A stretch of 64,000 bases of DNA from Xylographa opegraphella (lineage: Eukaryota): assembly GCA_022813865.1 (NCBI GenBank), contig JALDZX010000036.1, positions 124,001 to 188,000 of the forward strand, in the 5' to 3' direction. This document shows, piece by piece, positions 10,768-22,900 of this stretch; position 1 is the first letter of the stretch; the number at the start of each line of letters is the position of its first letter. The notes below the pieces were generated by a model. It ran no database searches. It had not been told where the DNA came from and was given only the letters and a program-made list of their open reading frames with translations. Both the position numbers and the translations under genes were made by a program.

Positions 10768-13700
10768 ATGGCGTTGTCAACGAGCCTCGGTCGGTTGATA
10801 ACCAGCGAGTGGATCGACGGCAACAGTTTCAAACGGTCGCAGCCAACAGCATCTGGTGGAGATTTAGTCAATTTGGACTTTGCGGAAGAGCTCTATGAAA
10901 CCATTCTCTCGGTGTTTGCTCAAGTTTGTCGGACATATTCAAAGCCTATCCTACTTTGGAAGCAGCGCCAGTGTAAGGAAGCACTCGGAAGAGTGCATTT
11001 GTGGGGAAGAGATTTCCAAGATGGCAGACTAGCACGCGTACTCGCCCAGTCCGATGATTTAAGGAATACAGTAATCGAGCTTCTTGGGCAGATTGGTAAA
11101 GGGGTCCTTGGTATGTTCCTTGCTCAAGATAGCTCAGGAGTTGCAGACTTATGCCGTTCGTGTATAGATCTCGCAAACCTCGACGATTGCGATAAGAATT
11201 TCGCAGAGCTAGTTCGGGGCCTCAGAAATCTGATCTCTCGGGCCAGAATAATTATTGCTGCCTCTGATCCTTCAGACAGCGATGCCGATGTTGATCTCGT
11301 ATCAGCGCTTCATTTCGGTACCAAGCGGAGAGATCTAGCAAGAGAGAACCGTAGTCCCCGCCGGAAAAGCCTTTCCAGAGGTGTAGAAGGAAAGGAAGAT
11401 CTGCAATATAGCTTCGGTATTTGCTACCATGAAGGCTCTTCATAGATTATTTGCTGACTGGCTATAATCACACCACAAAGAACAGCTAGAGTCAGATATC
11501 GAGCCTGAGACTCGTAGCAGACCTTCTACAGTGAGAGGAGATCAGAGTCCTATGTACACGCCTGAGACTTCCGAGGACGAGGACGAAAGTTCGGATAGTG
11601 GAACACTACTCGAGTGCTCTATCGACTGTTTAATGGATCTAATACCGACTATGGAACAGAGCCTTGCCCATATACAATCCCGAGGAATCCAGACAAAGAC
11701 CTCCTCCCGGGTACCATTCTCGGTTTCCGAACTCGCACTTCCATGGGTGCGAAACGTATCCGATAAGTTTACAAGTGCGGACACTGCACTTGTCGAACGG
11801 CTTGGCGAGGCAAATTGGCAGCGCTATATGACACTTCGTGCTCGAACGGAGCAGAGAATTCAGTCCTTGGACATCAGAAATGTTGCAACTGATAATATCC
11901 CGATGGTTCAAATCTTTCCAACAGCTCCTCAATCAACCTTCAAGCCGCTCTCGCTGTTCCATGATAGTGGTCTGGGCTCTTCGGTACCCACACTTCCTCG
12001 GTACACAATGTCGACAGCCTCGCACACCTCTTTCCTCTCCAGCGTTGCCGGTGATAGTGCCTTAGCACTACGGGTACCTCCGACCCCAGTGGAAGTTGCC
12101 TTAGGCAATCCCTTTGAATGCGATATATGTGGTCACCTGTTATCCAACATCAAAAACCGGGTCGATTGGAAGTGAGTAGAGTCAAATGCCATTTAGACAT
12201 CACAATGCTGATGATCTCACAGAATACATGTCTTTGCAGACCTTCAGCCATATATTTGTACTTTTGACTCTTGCGCTAAAGATTTTATCACTTTTCCTAC
12301 TAGAAGTCTATGGGGATCGCATGAATTTGACGAACACCGGGTCACACGATGCTGGAAATGTCCGGAGTGTGCTCATACCGGGTCAACTGCGCAGATGATG
12401 GAGGAGCATCTTCGGAAACGCCATGGCGAATCCATTACATTGGCACAGCTTCCCCTTATAATTTCAGCTGCCGAAACCAAAAGTCCACTGCCAATTGAAG
12501 ACCAAAGGTGTCCCCTTTGCAAGTGCATTCCAGGAAAATCACAAAGAAACTTTGTGAAACATGTTGGACGACATATGGAATCTTTGGCATTGGCAGTCCT
12601 CCCAAGGGACACTGCTGAAGCCTCGGATCGGAGCTCGAACGGATCAATAGTTCCCCAGGACGAACTACCGAATGAAATATTCTCCATGGATTTGTTGGAA
12701 GGTATATTTTTTGTTCCACCAGATTTCCATCTGCATACCAATCTTAAGGGAAGAGATCAAGAGCTTCAATTACTTGACGAAGGGTTGTTCTCGGCGAAAA
12801 AGGAACACGGCACAGCCGCTGTGCTACTCCACGGTCATACTATTTCCTGCAAACTCCGGCTGGTTCAACATTACATAAACCTAAATCGTAGCAAATTCCC
12901 TGGAGGAATTTTCTGGATTAACAGCAAGTCAAATAAAGAAATTGATGCCTCACTTCTTGTAATTGCTCGCAAATACATTTGGAGTACTGACAAGTCGGAG
13001 ATGCATCCGGATCGTATCGCAAGTAATGTGACAGCTTGGTTTGCGAGCAGAAGCCAGTGGCTAATTGTACTGAACGACGTCAAACCATCATGGTTGAAAC
13101 CAGCAGAAGAGGTAATTGAACGACGATGGCCAACTCCGAATAGTCGACATTCCAGCTTGATCTATATCTCAGGACAGAACAATAGCACCAGTTTCTCTGT
13201 TCCTCTTGATCCAATACCACTTGAGATAAAGCCCTTGCGCAGCACGCGGCCACGGGCATCAGAGCAAAACGAGGTGACGGATATTAGCTCTGCTGACGAG
13301 GGGTTTTCCTTCAGACCAGATTTCGTTCGACAGCCCTCGACGACATTAGAAAAATCAATGATCGACCACGGTTATCAAAATGATGGGCCAGGATCGAGTG
13401 ATGAAAAACAAGTGCACAATCCTACGATTGGAAAACATATCAATAATGGTATGCCAATATTGAAGTATGCCCTTGCACCAGAAGACCATGACGCTCCACG
13501 GTCAACAAACACAGTCCACAGTTCAATAACGGAGTACAGTCATGAGCAACATGAGCCGTCGCCTGATCACGAATCCCTGGCTCCCGGTTTATTCAGTGCC
13601 GAACCTAAGCTTACGCACACTCCTTATGACCATACACCTCGATTACTTGGAAAATTGCCTAATCACTTATCTAACCAATCCACGTTAACTGGCCTCGGCA

Positions 13701-15254
13701 TTTCAGATAAAAATAAACTCCTGGACGTTTCGCGTTCTGAAGGCCCCAAAATCCTGAGCTTCCATGTTCCAGAGTGCTCCGTTAGCTTGGGGAACCTTCT
13801 GGACCACATGTAGGTTGCTTCCGTAATTTGTGAAAGTGTATTAGACTAATCTCGATAATCACAGTGAGCATTGTGAAGAAAGTCATGGCAAAATACCAAA
13901 TAATATATCGAAGCATCTCAACGATCGCAACGGAGAAACAGTGACCCTCCAGGGCCCTCTCCTTTTAGAGCAACCAGTCATGATCACTCCAGAAGTTCCA
14001 CAGCCGAAGCTAGTAAGGCAGAATCTAGGTGTAGACCTATTCCATAAAATCCAAGCACCTACCAGTGGCGATATCTCTCCTTCGGTCACTAAACCTCTTC
14101 GTCAAGATTATCTTTCGTCAGAGCTGGTAAACGGCAACTCCATCCCTGCTACGGATATAGAGAACCAACAAAACCAAGCAGAAGCTCCACAAAAGAAGCA
14201 TAAATGTCCTTATTGCTCAACGATGTTCACGCGGCATCATAACCTGAAGAGCCATCTGCTTACGCACAGCCAGGATAAGCCATGGGTATGTGACAAATGC
14301 GGTACACGATTCAGGCGACTTCATGATCTGAAGCGACATAGAAAGTTACACAGAGATGAGAGGGCCTATGCTTGCTCAGTGTGTAATCGTACCTTTGCCC
14401 GCCTGGATGCTTTGGAGAGGCATTTGAAAACCTCTGGCAGTTGTACGAGCCAAGGTGTTGCTCCCAATAGTCGAGAAAATAATGATGAAAACGTGCAAGA
14501 GAATTGGATAGACAAGATAACGACTTTAGAGGCAAACGAATTCAAGGTAGAAATGTCTTTCGAGATGCACAAGCTCACTACTAATGATTCGCTTCAAGGA
14601 CGTAATAACCGCAGCACTAAATCCCAAAAACGCTACCGAGAAAGACATGATCAGATGCGTCTGTGGACAGAAAGAGTATCCAGGTTTACCTAAGTCAGCC
14701 CGGGATGCCTTTGAGTCGGGCACATATCATAATCGCACGAGAACCTCAGTCCTTACTGTCGATCCGGCGCATCTGGGAAGCTTATTTATCCAATGCGATG
14801 TCTGTAAGGTCTGGCAGCACGGTAATTGCGTCGGCATCTGCAATGCTGCTATGTGCCCTGATACGTATTTCTGCGAGCAATGCGCACCGGCGGATCACAC
14901 CATGAAGTTAGACCCGTCTACTGGGTAAGGCCACGCCAAAGAAACCGAGTCTCTCTTGTTGACCAGAAACACAGATTGATTTTCTCCGACTACTTTCCTG
15001 GTCCCGACTCTCGTCATCGGAGGAGCATACCCTCACAGCCAGACGACAACTCATCTATCCCTCACCCACCTGCGGAGTGGTCGATAACGCCGAGTCGCTC
15101 GCAAACCCGGGCTTCCCAAACATACCCGCCGTCTCACAACGAGTTCCTCGCACGGGCAACGCGCACGCGTAGGTACTCGGGCACCTTGTGGCCAAGATAC
15201 TCGGCGTCCGACGATGAAGCCATGCTCTCCAACAAGGAAGCCGGAGACGCTTGA
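10768..15254 (+). CDS. Multidomain mosaic protein (~1385 aa, 7 exons): helical N-terminus, C2H2-like zinc fingers, degenerate NB-ARC fragment, C2H2 triplet, PHD finger
   Basis: GT-AG introns 11111-11167, 11417-11480, 12172-12222, 13810-13864, 14547-14598 and 14925-14974 all preserve phase and join the successive ORFs into one frame of 4158 nt, with stop TGA at 15254. Confidence 0.7.
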
Positions 15255-15365
15255 GGCACCCGACTCGAAACTCGAACGGGACTTTCCAACATAGCGTCGG
15301 CGGCAACACGAAATCAGTAAAGTAAACACGTCAATACAGAGAGCTGTCAACACCGAAAGTCGTTA

Positions 15366-15532
15366 CCGTCAACACAACCCGTCAACACAACCCGTCAACA
15401 CAACCCGTCAACACAACCCGTCAACACAACCCGTCAACACAACCCGTCAACACAACCCGTCAACACAACCCGTCAACACAACCCGTCAACACAACCCGTC
15501 AACACAACCCGTCAACACAACCCGTCAACACA
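15366..15532. repeat. Perfect 13-bp minisatellite (CCGTCAACACAAC), ~12.8 copies
   Basis: Direct read: 12 identical units plus an 11-bp partial; degenerate GTCAA(T/C)AC precursors just upstream. Confidence 0.97.
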
Positions 15533-15672
15533 TTTCCCTATTAATTCAAATCTGTATATAAACTCCTATCAACACCCCCTTTTAATACTACCCTTCAATA
15601 CGTCTCCTTATCAATTCAAACCTATAAACAAACTCCCATCAACACATCCCCCATCAACCCAAACCCCTCAAC

Positions 15673-15771
15673 NNNNNNNNNNNNNNNNNNNNNNNNNNNN
15701 NNNNNNNNNNNNNNNNNNNNNNNNNNNNNNNNNNNNNNNNNNNNNNNNNNNNNNNNNNNNNNNNNNNNNNN
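15673..15771. other. Assembly gap (99 N)
   Basis: Run of N flanked by C-rich low-complexity sequence. Confidence 1.
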
Positions 15772-16013
15772 CTCCCCCTCCCTCCCCCTCAACATTCCCA
15801 TCCACACGAACGAAACCGCCCCACCGGCCAGCGCCCCGTCCCGCTCCGTCCCGTCCCTCACCCCCTCGGCTCCCTAGCTGTATTCGACTTCAAATTCCAA
15901 TCCAAAAAATCGAGCTGCAGGTTTGCAGATATACCAAACAATACCTCCACAGCACCCTTATCATATTCTATCTCCCCACCGCGGAGAGGACAAATGAGAT
16001 AGAGTGGTTCAGG

Positions 16014-16032
16014 CGCACACACACACACACAC
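16014..16032. repeat. (CA)n microsatellite
   Basis: About 9 CA units. Confidence 0.9.
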
Positions 16033-17207
16033 GGATACGAAGGGAGGGAGAGAAGCAGCCCATTAACAAAGCGACGCGGGATACGCGCACGCACGGACGT
16101 AACAAGCCGAAAAGGGGATGGGGATAGGGATGGGGAGGCTCGAGATGGGATAAGTTTCCTTTCAGCTGGGGCGGGGGGGAGTCTACCTACCTTACCTATT
16201 CACCGGGGAAGACGATGACATGATGGATGTGTTGATACCGTACCACTTCGTCGAGACAAGGCGTAGGCGTTTGCGTCGCGTTGGCGCTAGGGTTTGAACA
16301 CGAATGTAGAATCATTCACATACCTACTTTCCTTTAAGCGATTACCTTCGTACCTCGAAGAGCGATAGCGCGGCCAGACCGTAGCATTTACCGTCGATAT
16401 CGAGACACCACACCACTACTTTTTATCTTTGCAAAACAAATCACAGCACAGCATAGCATCACCGAAAATCATCACCGTAACCGAACATGCAAGTAATTTG
16501 CCCAGCCCCAAATCGTTCCATTAATCCCTCCCCCACCCCCCCTCACTCTTTCATGATACACGGGAGAGAGGGGGTTGTGTGCAGAATGAAAAGAAAAAAG
16601 TCCCCGTGCCCGTCACTGTGGAACATCAAACGATTCAAGGGGCGCGCTAAACCCACGCTGCGCAAACCATGAACGCAGTAGAGGTTGCTGTGTGAAAAAA
16701 AGGAGGACCAACAGCGGGAGATACAGAGAGGTAACGCCGTCCGTAGCAATGCGGCCGGCCCCTATACCCGCTGGAGACAAGAGAGCAAGCAGAGCGAAGG
16801 AGATGACGTGAGCCGTCAGGACCAACAGCCACAGAAATGCAAATCGAGCTTTTGATTATGAATCCGCCACCCGTCAATCTATGTGTACATGAAACCTGGG
16901 AGATCTGCAGGGTCTGGTAGCCATCATCCAGTGGGGTGCGGAAATGGACGTGATAATGCCGAAATAGAAGGAGTCGAAGGTTTGAGCGATAAGTCGGAGC
17001 TGTATAGCTCCCTGTTTCGCAACAAACGACTCAAAGGATGTATTGGATGTTTCGTAGGATGCAAGATGGTCGATGTTGCTCTCTGCTGGTACAGATGCTG
17101 TGATATGTCCTAACAAAAAAGAGAGTCGTAATTCCGAGCATTCATAACATTTAACGTATTTGTGTGTTTGAGACCAAAGAGGACCTTTTGAGGTAGGCCA
17201 TGCGCTC

Positions 17208-19918
17208 TCAGAAGAAGTGGGTGTTGAGTTTGGATTCCTCGTGAACTTCCATTTCCTACAGCTTGGTTCAGTAAAGATGAACACACGGACATCCTCGTAC
17301 GACTCACCATTTTGAAGCTGTTGAGCTCCTCTTTGATCTGCTGGGCCAGCATAGGAGTGAGCCGATTGCAAGTAGCGATCTCGCCTCGCCTATCGTACTC
17401 CCCACTGGGCCATGTATCGTGGAACTGGATCCGAGGACTGAAGCTGATATTACGCGATGCCAGGCTCCGTGGTGTGCCCGGTATACTCTTGGAACCGGAG
17501 TCCGCAAACCTTGCAACAGACATGAAATAATCTTCACCTTCAATGGTGACGGAGTCAGTCCGTCGATGACCAGCGCGAGATGCACGATCATCTCCGGGAG
17601 TACTGGGTGCACTCGAATTGGGCGAGTCGGACATACGAGGGATTTGGGGAAGGACAAAGTCGGTATATTTTGTGTCCACTGGTCGGCTTAATGGAGAGGA
17701 GCCGCCAGACTCATTCCCTAGGATGGTTAGCAGGTAGTCTTGGATTGTGAAACTCCACGAACTTTTCAGAATGCCCTTCTTCACGGCAGCCAAGACTTCT
17801 GCCCGCTCTTTCTCGCCGCCTACAATGCTTCGGCGTGGATTGGTGTGGTCACTGCTTCGGTCGCTGAACGACAGCGATGGCTCTACGGCTGCAACACTCA
17901 CAGCGTCGAGAGAATTTCGCTCCAGTCTCGGGAAGCCGGTCCCACCACCGGCTTGGTCGTGGGGATCAGCATTGACATTGACCTTTTCTCGCTCGGCTTC
18001 GACTGTTACCATCGAGACCTGAGCTAGGCTCGGACCGGGAACCGCTGCATCTGCAGCTGGTACACCAATGACCGATTTGGGCCGGAAAAGTCCAACCAAC
18101 GAACGGGTCGACTTCTTCACACCTTTCCCCATTTTCCGGAGCATCACGGATGCAGAGGACGCAGTGGAAGAGATGGAGAGGTTGTCGGTAGAGCCGGTGA
18201 AGAATTGACCTTGTCCGGAGTATATGCCCTCTCCGAGCCCGCTTGCTTCCTGCTTCTGGATAATGGCGGCCTGAGCAGCATCCTGCTCATCCTGCAAGCG
18301 ATCTTTCCGCAGCTTCGCCCGTTCCGTCGAGACATTGATGTTATGACTGTTTTCGGCAGAAGCCTTTCGAAGCTCAGCTGCACTACCAAACGAGAACGCT
18401 CGTCGCAATCTCGACGATTTGCCCTCTTTCTTTCCCTCCTTCTTGTTAAGGGCCGCGAGATGTTGGGCGGCAGGACTCTCCGGAATGTTGGCTGTGGCAT
18501 TGGCGGAGGGGAACGACTTGGGTTGCAGCGCTTCCGGCGGCTGCTGGACGGAGGGGGCCGTCTTGGGGAGGGAGGATCCATGATCCAAAGCCATCGGCTT
18601 CGACAGAGGTGATGGCGATGCGAACCGTTTATTTGCATCTGAGGACCCACGAGGAGGGATGTTGACCAGTTTTGCTTCGTGTTTAGCAATAGCGGTGCCA
18701 TGCATGACAGTGGGGTGGGAAGGAGCTACTCCAACCGTATCTCGCTTGGACTAGAGGCTTGTGGTTAGCGCCACCCCATCAAGGAGGAGGAAGATAACAA
18801 ATTCGTACCGACGACGGTCGTGCAATCGAGTTGAGCGAGCTGGCGCTCTCGTCGCTACCGGTACGAGCATGAGAAACGGGTCGAATGGTGGTTTCGTTCG
18901 CGTTGGCTGGACGGACCAATTGCTTTTCCGGGGCGTACTGAGCTGACGTCACCGATGCATGTGTTTTCCGCTGTTCACCAGCTGCGTGCTCCTTAGGATC
19001 CAGTCTACTGGTGTATTCCCCAACCTCCAGACCGCCAACACTGCGTCGGCGATATCGCTTGGCCTGCTCTGACGACGATTGACGGTTAAGGACCATGTCA
19101 TCTTTACTGGCCATTCGGGACGAGGGTGCAAATGAAGATGATCCGTCTAGGTTTGGTAGGATGGGCATGCCACGATACATCTGCGGCTGCTGAACTGGTG
19201 GAGAGGTAAACTGCATTGGTTGATTGTACAAATGCCCAACAGTTGCCATGCCCGAGCCTGAGGGCAAAGCGGATCCTCCAGATTGTGGGGCCACATACGT
19301 TGCTTGCACGGCATCTACCCGACGCTGCGGACGCCGATAACGATCCGGAGATGGTTTGACGGTCGTTCCCAAGGCGGAGATCTTGGCGTCCGAGAGGTTC
19401 AGTTCCATCGCAGACATCGGCCTCGGGGTGGTGGTCCTGGGGGTCACGATGGCAGAGTCATCTCGTGTTCCAAACGTGAAAGTGGTGGAGAGCGAGTTGG
19501 GACCGTCCTGTACTGGTACGATTGTGGGGGACGATCCCACTTGTCGTTGCCGGGTTTGATTTGTAGAGCCACCCAGGAAGTTCTGTTGAGATAAGGTCAG
19601 AACCGGGTCTGACAACGTACGATCTTCTTGCCGTAGATATGGTGCTGTGGGATTTTGACGAAGAGGATTGACGGCTTGGGGAGCGACGAGTGTGGTTCCC
19701 AAAGCGTATGGAGCCATTGCCGGGACTGACGTTTGGCCTCGATACGTTGTAACCCCATTATTGACACCATAGATTCCTCTTGCCAGCTGCGAGCTACGTA
19801 GCTGCTGCTGACTCTCCCTGCTGGTCAGGAAGGGAGCGGGAGAGGTTGCATCATGACGTGTCTGTAACATCGTGATCGTCGACGATTGCTGTGGGAACGA
19901 TTGAACAAGAGCAGCCAT
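17208..19918 (-). CDS. BNI4: Bni4-like bud-neck/septal PP1-targeting protein (multi-exon)
   Basis: Starts MAALVQSFPQQSSTITMLQTR. Conserved C-terminus ISFSPRIQFHDTWPSGEYDRRGEIATCNRLTPMLAQQIKEELNSFKM|EMEVHEESKLNTHFF*, with stop at 17208-17210. Confidence 0.88.
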
Positions 19919-22900
19919 TTTATTTTTTTATGGTTCGGATATCTGGCAGAAAACAACACACTTCACAAGGTCGTGTTTGTCTCTGAGGATAGGAAAATGA
20001 TGTGGCTTAGACAGTTGCTGAATCGAAGTCCTAAGTTACAAGGTCAAATTCTGAAAGCCATCAGCATACATCTCAACGATCAAGGTGGTAAGAATGCAGA
20101 GCACTTGATGGATCGTGAAATCCAAGAAGCTGTACGGTCAACATAGAATGTAGGAGATTGTGTACCAAGGAAGGTCAAGGAGACAACACGTACAAACTGG
20201 ATGTCCGAATGGAAGCAAGAGCTCGAAGCCGTCAAGGAATGATCTACGAGAAAGTTCGTGACGCTTGTCGAAGGGAACCGATCCGGTCCAGTCAAAGAGC
20301 GGACGAGGTCGACTGTACGTGTACTTCAGCCGCCAGGGTGAGCATGTAAAGCGTCCAAGATCCACAGAGGAAGTCGACGAGAGGATGCACGGGATCACAG
20401 AGGTCCAGGAGCAGGATGTCTAGCAGGTAGACATGATCCTCGACGGACACTTAAGAGTGAGGGGGAAATCTCGACGTTGAGAAGCCTCCTGAAACAGAAG
20501 CGAACGTTCCACCCGGACGGCCGGGATGGGTGGTCAGGAATGGAAAAAAAGAAGAGAGAAAAACAGGAGGACTACGACGGTCCGGAGAGCAGTGAAGGCC
20601 CACGAGCTCTCTACTGCCGACCAAGAAGGGAAAGGGAAGAGGCGATTGGGGGAGTGGGGGAGGGAGGATGGGAGGGAGGAAGTGAGATTGGGTTTGAAGC
20701 AAGAAGAGTCGAGTGACGAGTAAGGTAGATTTCCCTTAGTGTATTGTAGAGTAAGAATTGGAGCGTGCCGGACCGGGGATGGGGGATGGTGGAAGATGAT
20801 TTTGGGGGGTTTTTTTTGACTGCGAGACGAGCTCGAGACAGCGAATCTCCTTTAGCCCACATGAGAGTAACACGCCAAGATTCACGCTCTCGGGGGAGGC
20901 CAGGGGGGGGTTGTTAGGGGGGTTAGGGAGGGTTCTCTTCACTGGACAGTGGACACCTCACTTGAACACGCACAAGCCTTTTTGCCTCTTCAACCCTAGC
21001 TGGGAACCCCCCCCTAGACGGGAATGGTCTGGCGTGCAGCACAGGGGTGTTTCCCGGCGAAGGAGGCCGCTAATTCGCTGCTACACCCGCCCCAGCACAG
21101 TCCAAAAGGGCGTCATCCGGCCGACGGGCTTCCGGCTACGACGCGTTCCACACGGTTTTGATTGCGAAAAGAATGATTGCTGCTGTATCTACTTCGTACT
21201 CCGTATATCCCCCCTCCTCCGCCAAGAAGTGAGCAAGACGTGGATGAGATGTGCGATGAAGTACCCAAGGAGTCAAGAGTCAGAGTCAGCAGGATGGCTC
21301 CCTTGCTCTCACGTGCCCGTGAGGCAGTCCACGGTGTCATAGTTGTCTCCTGTCCTGCCGCGAATACCAACTCACCCAGTCAGCCCAACGATGTGTTAAA
21401 AGGGAAAGATCCAGCGGAGGGGGGAGCACGGTCGAGAAGTAATAATCGTGAATCGCACCACCTTCGACCGTGCTAGCCGTCAGCACAGCCGCCTGAGCCA
21501 GCGAGTCGCGACGGGCGAATGAGAGGTGTGATTCAATACGAAACGCCGCCTAGGGAAAGGGTGAAGGGGGGGGGAATAAAAAATGCGCCTATCGCGACCC
21601 GGTTGGCCCGTGTGCCGGTCCTCACTGTGATTGTTATTACTATTATTCTGGAAATTGGTGAACAATCAATCATGCAAACGGAGGACGCGTCCTGACAATT
21701 TGACAATTAATGGGCTGCTTCTCCTGCGTGTACATCTCCTTGGACTGCTGCACTGCTGCTTCGCCGGATTTAAGACACGAGCCCTCTCGGTATCGCCGCC
21801 GCCGTGGTCATGCTTGGCATCGGCCCGAAAAAGCCCTCGAACTGGGTCAAGATCTCTACGCAGTACAGCGTGGCCAGTACCTTTCAAGTCCATCATTGCG
21901 CTGAGCTGGTGCCATCCCACCGCCGTCGATGCTGGCCAACACCTCAAACCCAAAAGCCAAAAGGCCGCCACACTGCCGGAACGCATGCTGGCCTCTCTCT
22001 CCTCATCTCCCACCGAGCATCTACGGATCCCGGCGGCACGAAAACAGCACCAGAGACACCGACGACGACCTGCAGACGCACTCCCTCCCTCGTAGCTACC
22101 GTACCTTATGTAAACCACCACCCAATGACCATCCGCCCCCCCCTTCCCCCCAACCCACTGCCCTTTTCGCCTATCTGCACTCCGGCCCCAGCGATCCATT
22201 CTCCACCCCATCTTCCATTCGCCCTGCTCTCGCCCCGCACGCTGCACGCGCCTCCCACACCGCATTGGAGCGGTACGACGGCGGGGACCGCGTCAACGGT
22301 CGTGAACCGGACCCCCACTCCATCCGGGCCCCCTGGGTTACGCCTGCGAAAAACCAGGTGTTGCTCTATTCAAGAAGTCGGCGCGACTCCCGGAAGCCAT
22401 GCAAGCTGTGGACGTTGTAGAAAGGATGGATAGATGATGGGTCATGATGACAACTCGAGAATGGGGGCCGAGATGGCGCCTCAGATCTCTCCCATTTAGG
22501 TAGGTACTAGATAGGTAAGGTAGGTCAGCAGCGAATAGAGAGACGGACCTCAGCAGTGGGCCACGACAACACTCGGTCACTAGTGCCGCCCGGTGGTGGT
22601 TTGAGTGGCAGAATGGGAACGCTCGGCTGCATAGCGCCAACATTAAAGCTGCGGGCTCCGTATATATTTCATCATTACGGTGTGGTGTGGTGCCTCGTGA
22701 AATATCCCGTCAAGCACCAAGAGAGCTCGCGGAGAGATTGTGATCATCAATGCTTACCTCACCTTGGGCACTGGGAGTGGGGGGAAGGTGATGGTTGTGT
22801 GGAATAGGCAATGTAGACGGAGACTTCGATGATGATTTCGTTCCTGGGGAAACAGATGTGTATGTAGTCCCGAGTCATTGCCCATGATATGTAGCATATC

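Noticed and set aside
10768..10880. Possible amyloid signalling motif at the N-terminus of the mosaic protein (GNSFKRSQPTASGGDLVN)
   Set aside because: Weak match, and no counterpart motif was seen in the neighbouring HeLo-like protein.
15366..15532. Repeat array as CRISPR or telomere
   Set aside because: No spacers, eukaryotic context, and the unit is not TTAGGG-like.
20914..20928. Two TTAGGG hexamers as interstitial telomere
   Set aside because: Only two non-tandem copies inside a G-rich tract.
21631..22433. Several overlapping 150-210 aa ORFs
   Set aside because: GC-rich low-complexity DNA open in multiple frames, mostly non-ATG starts, no domain.
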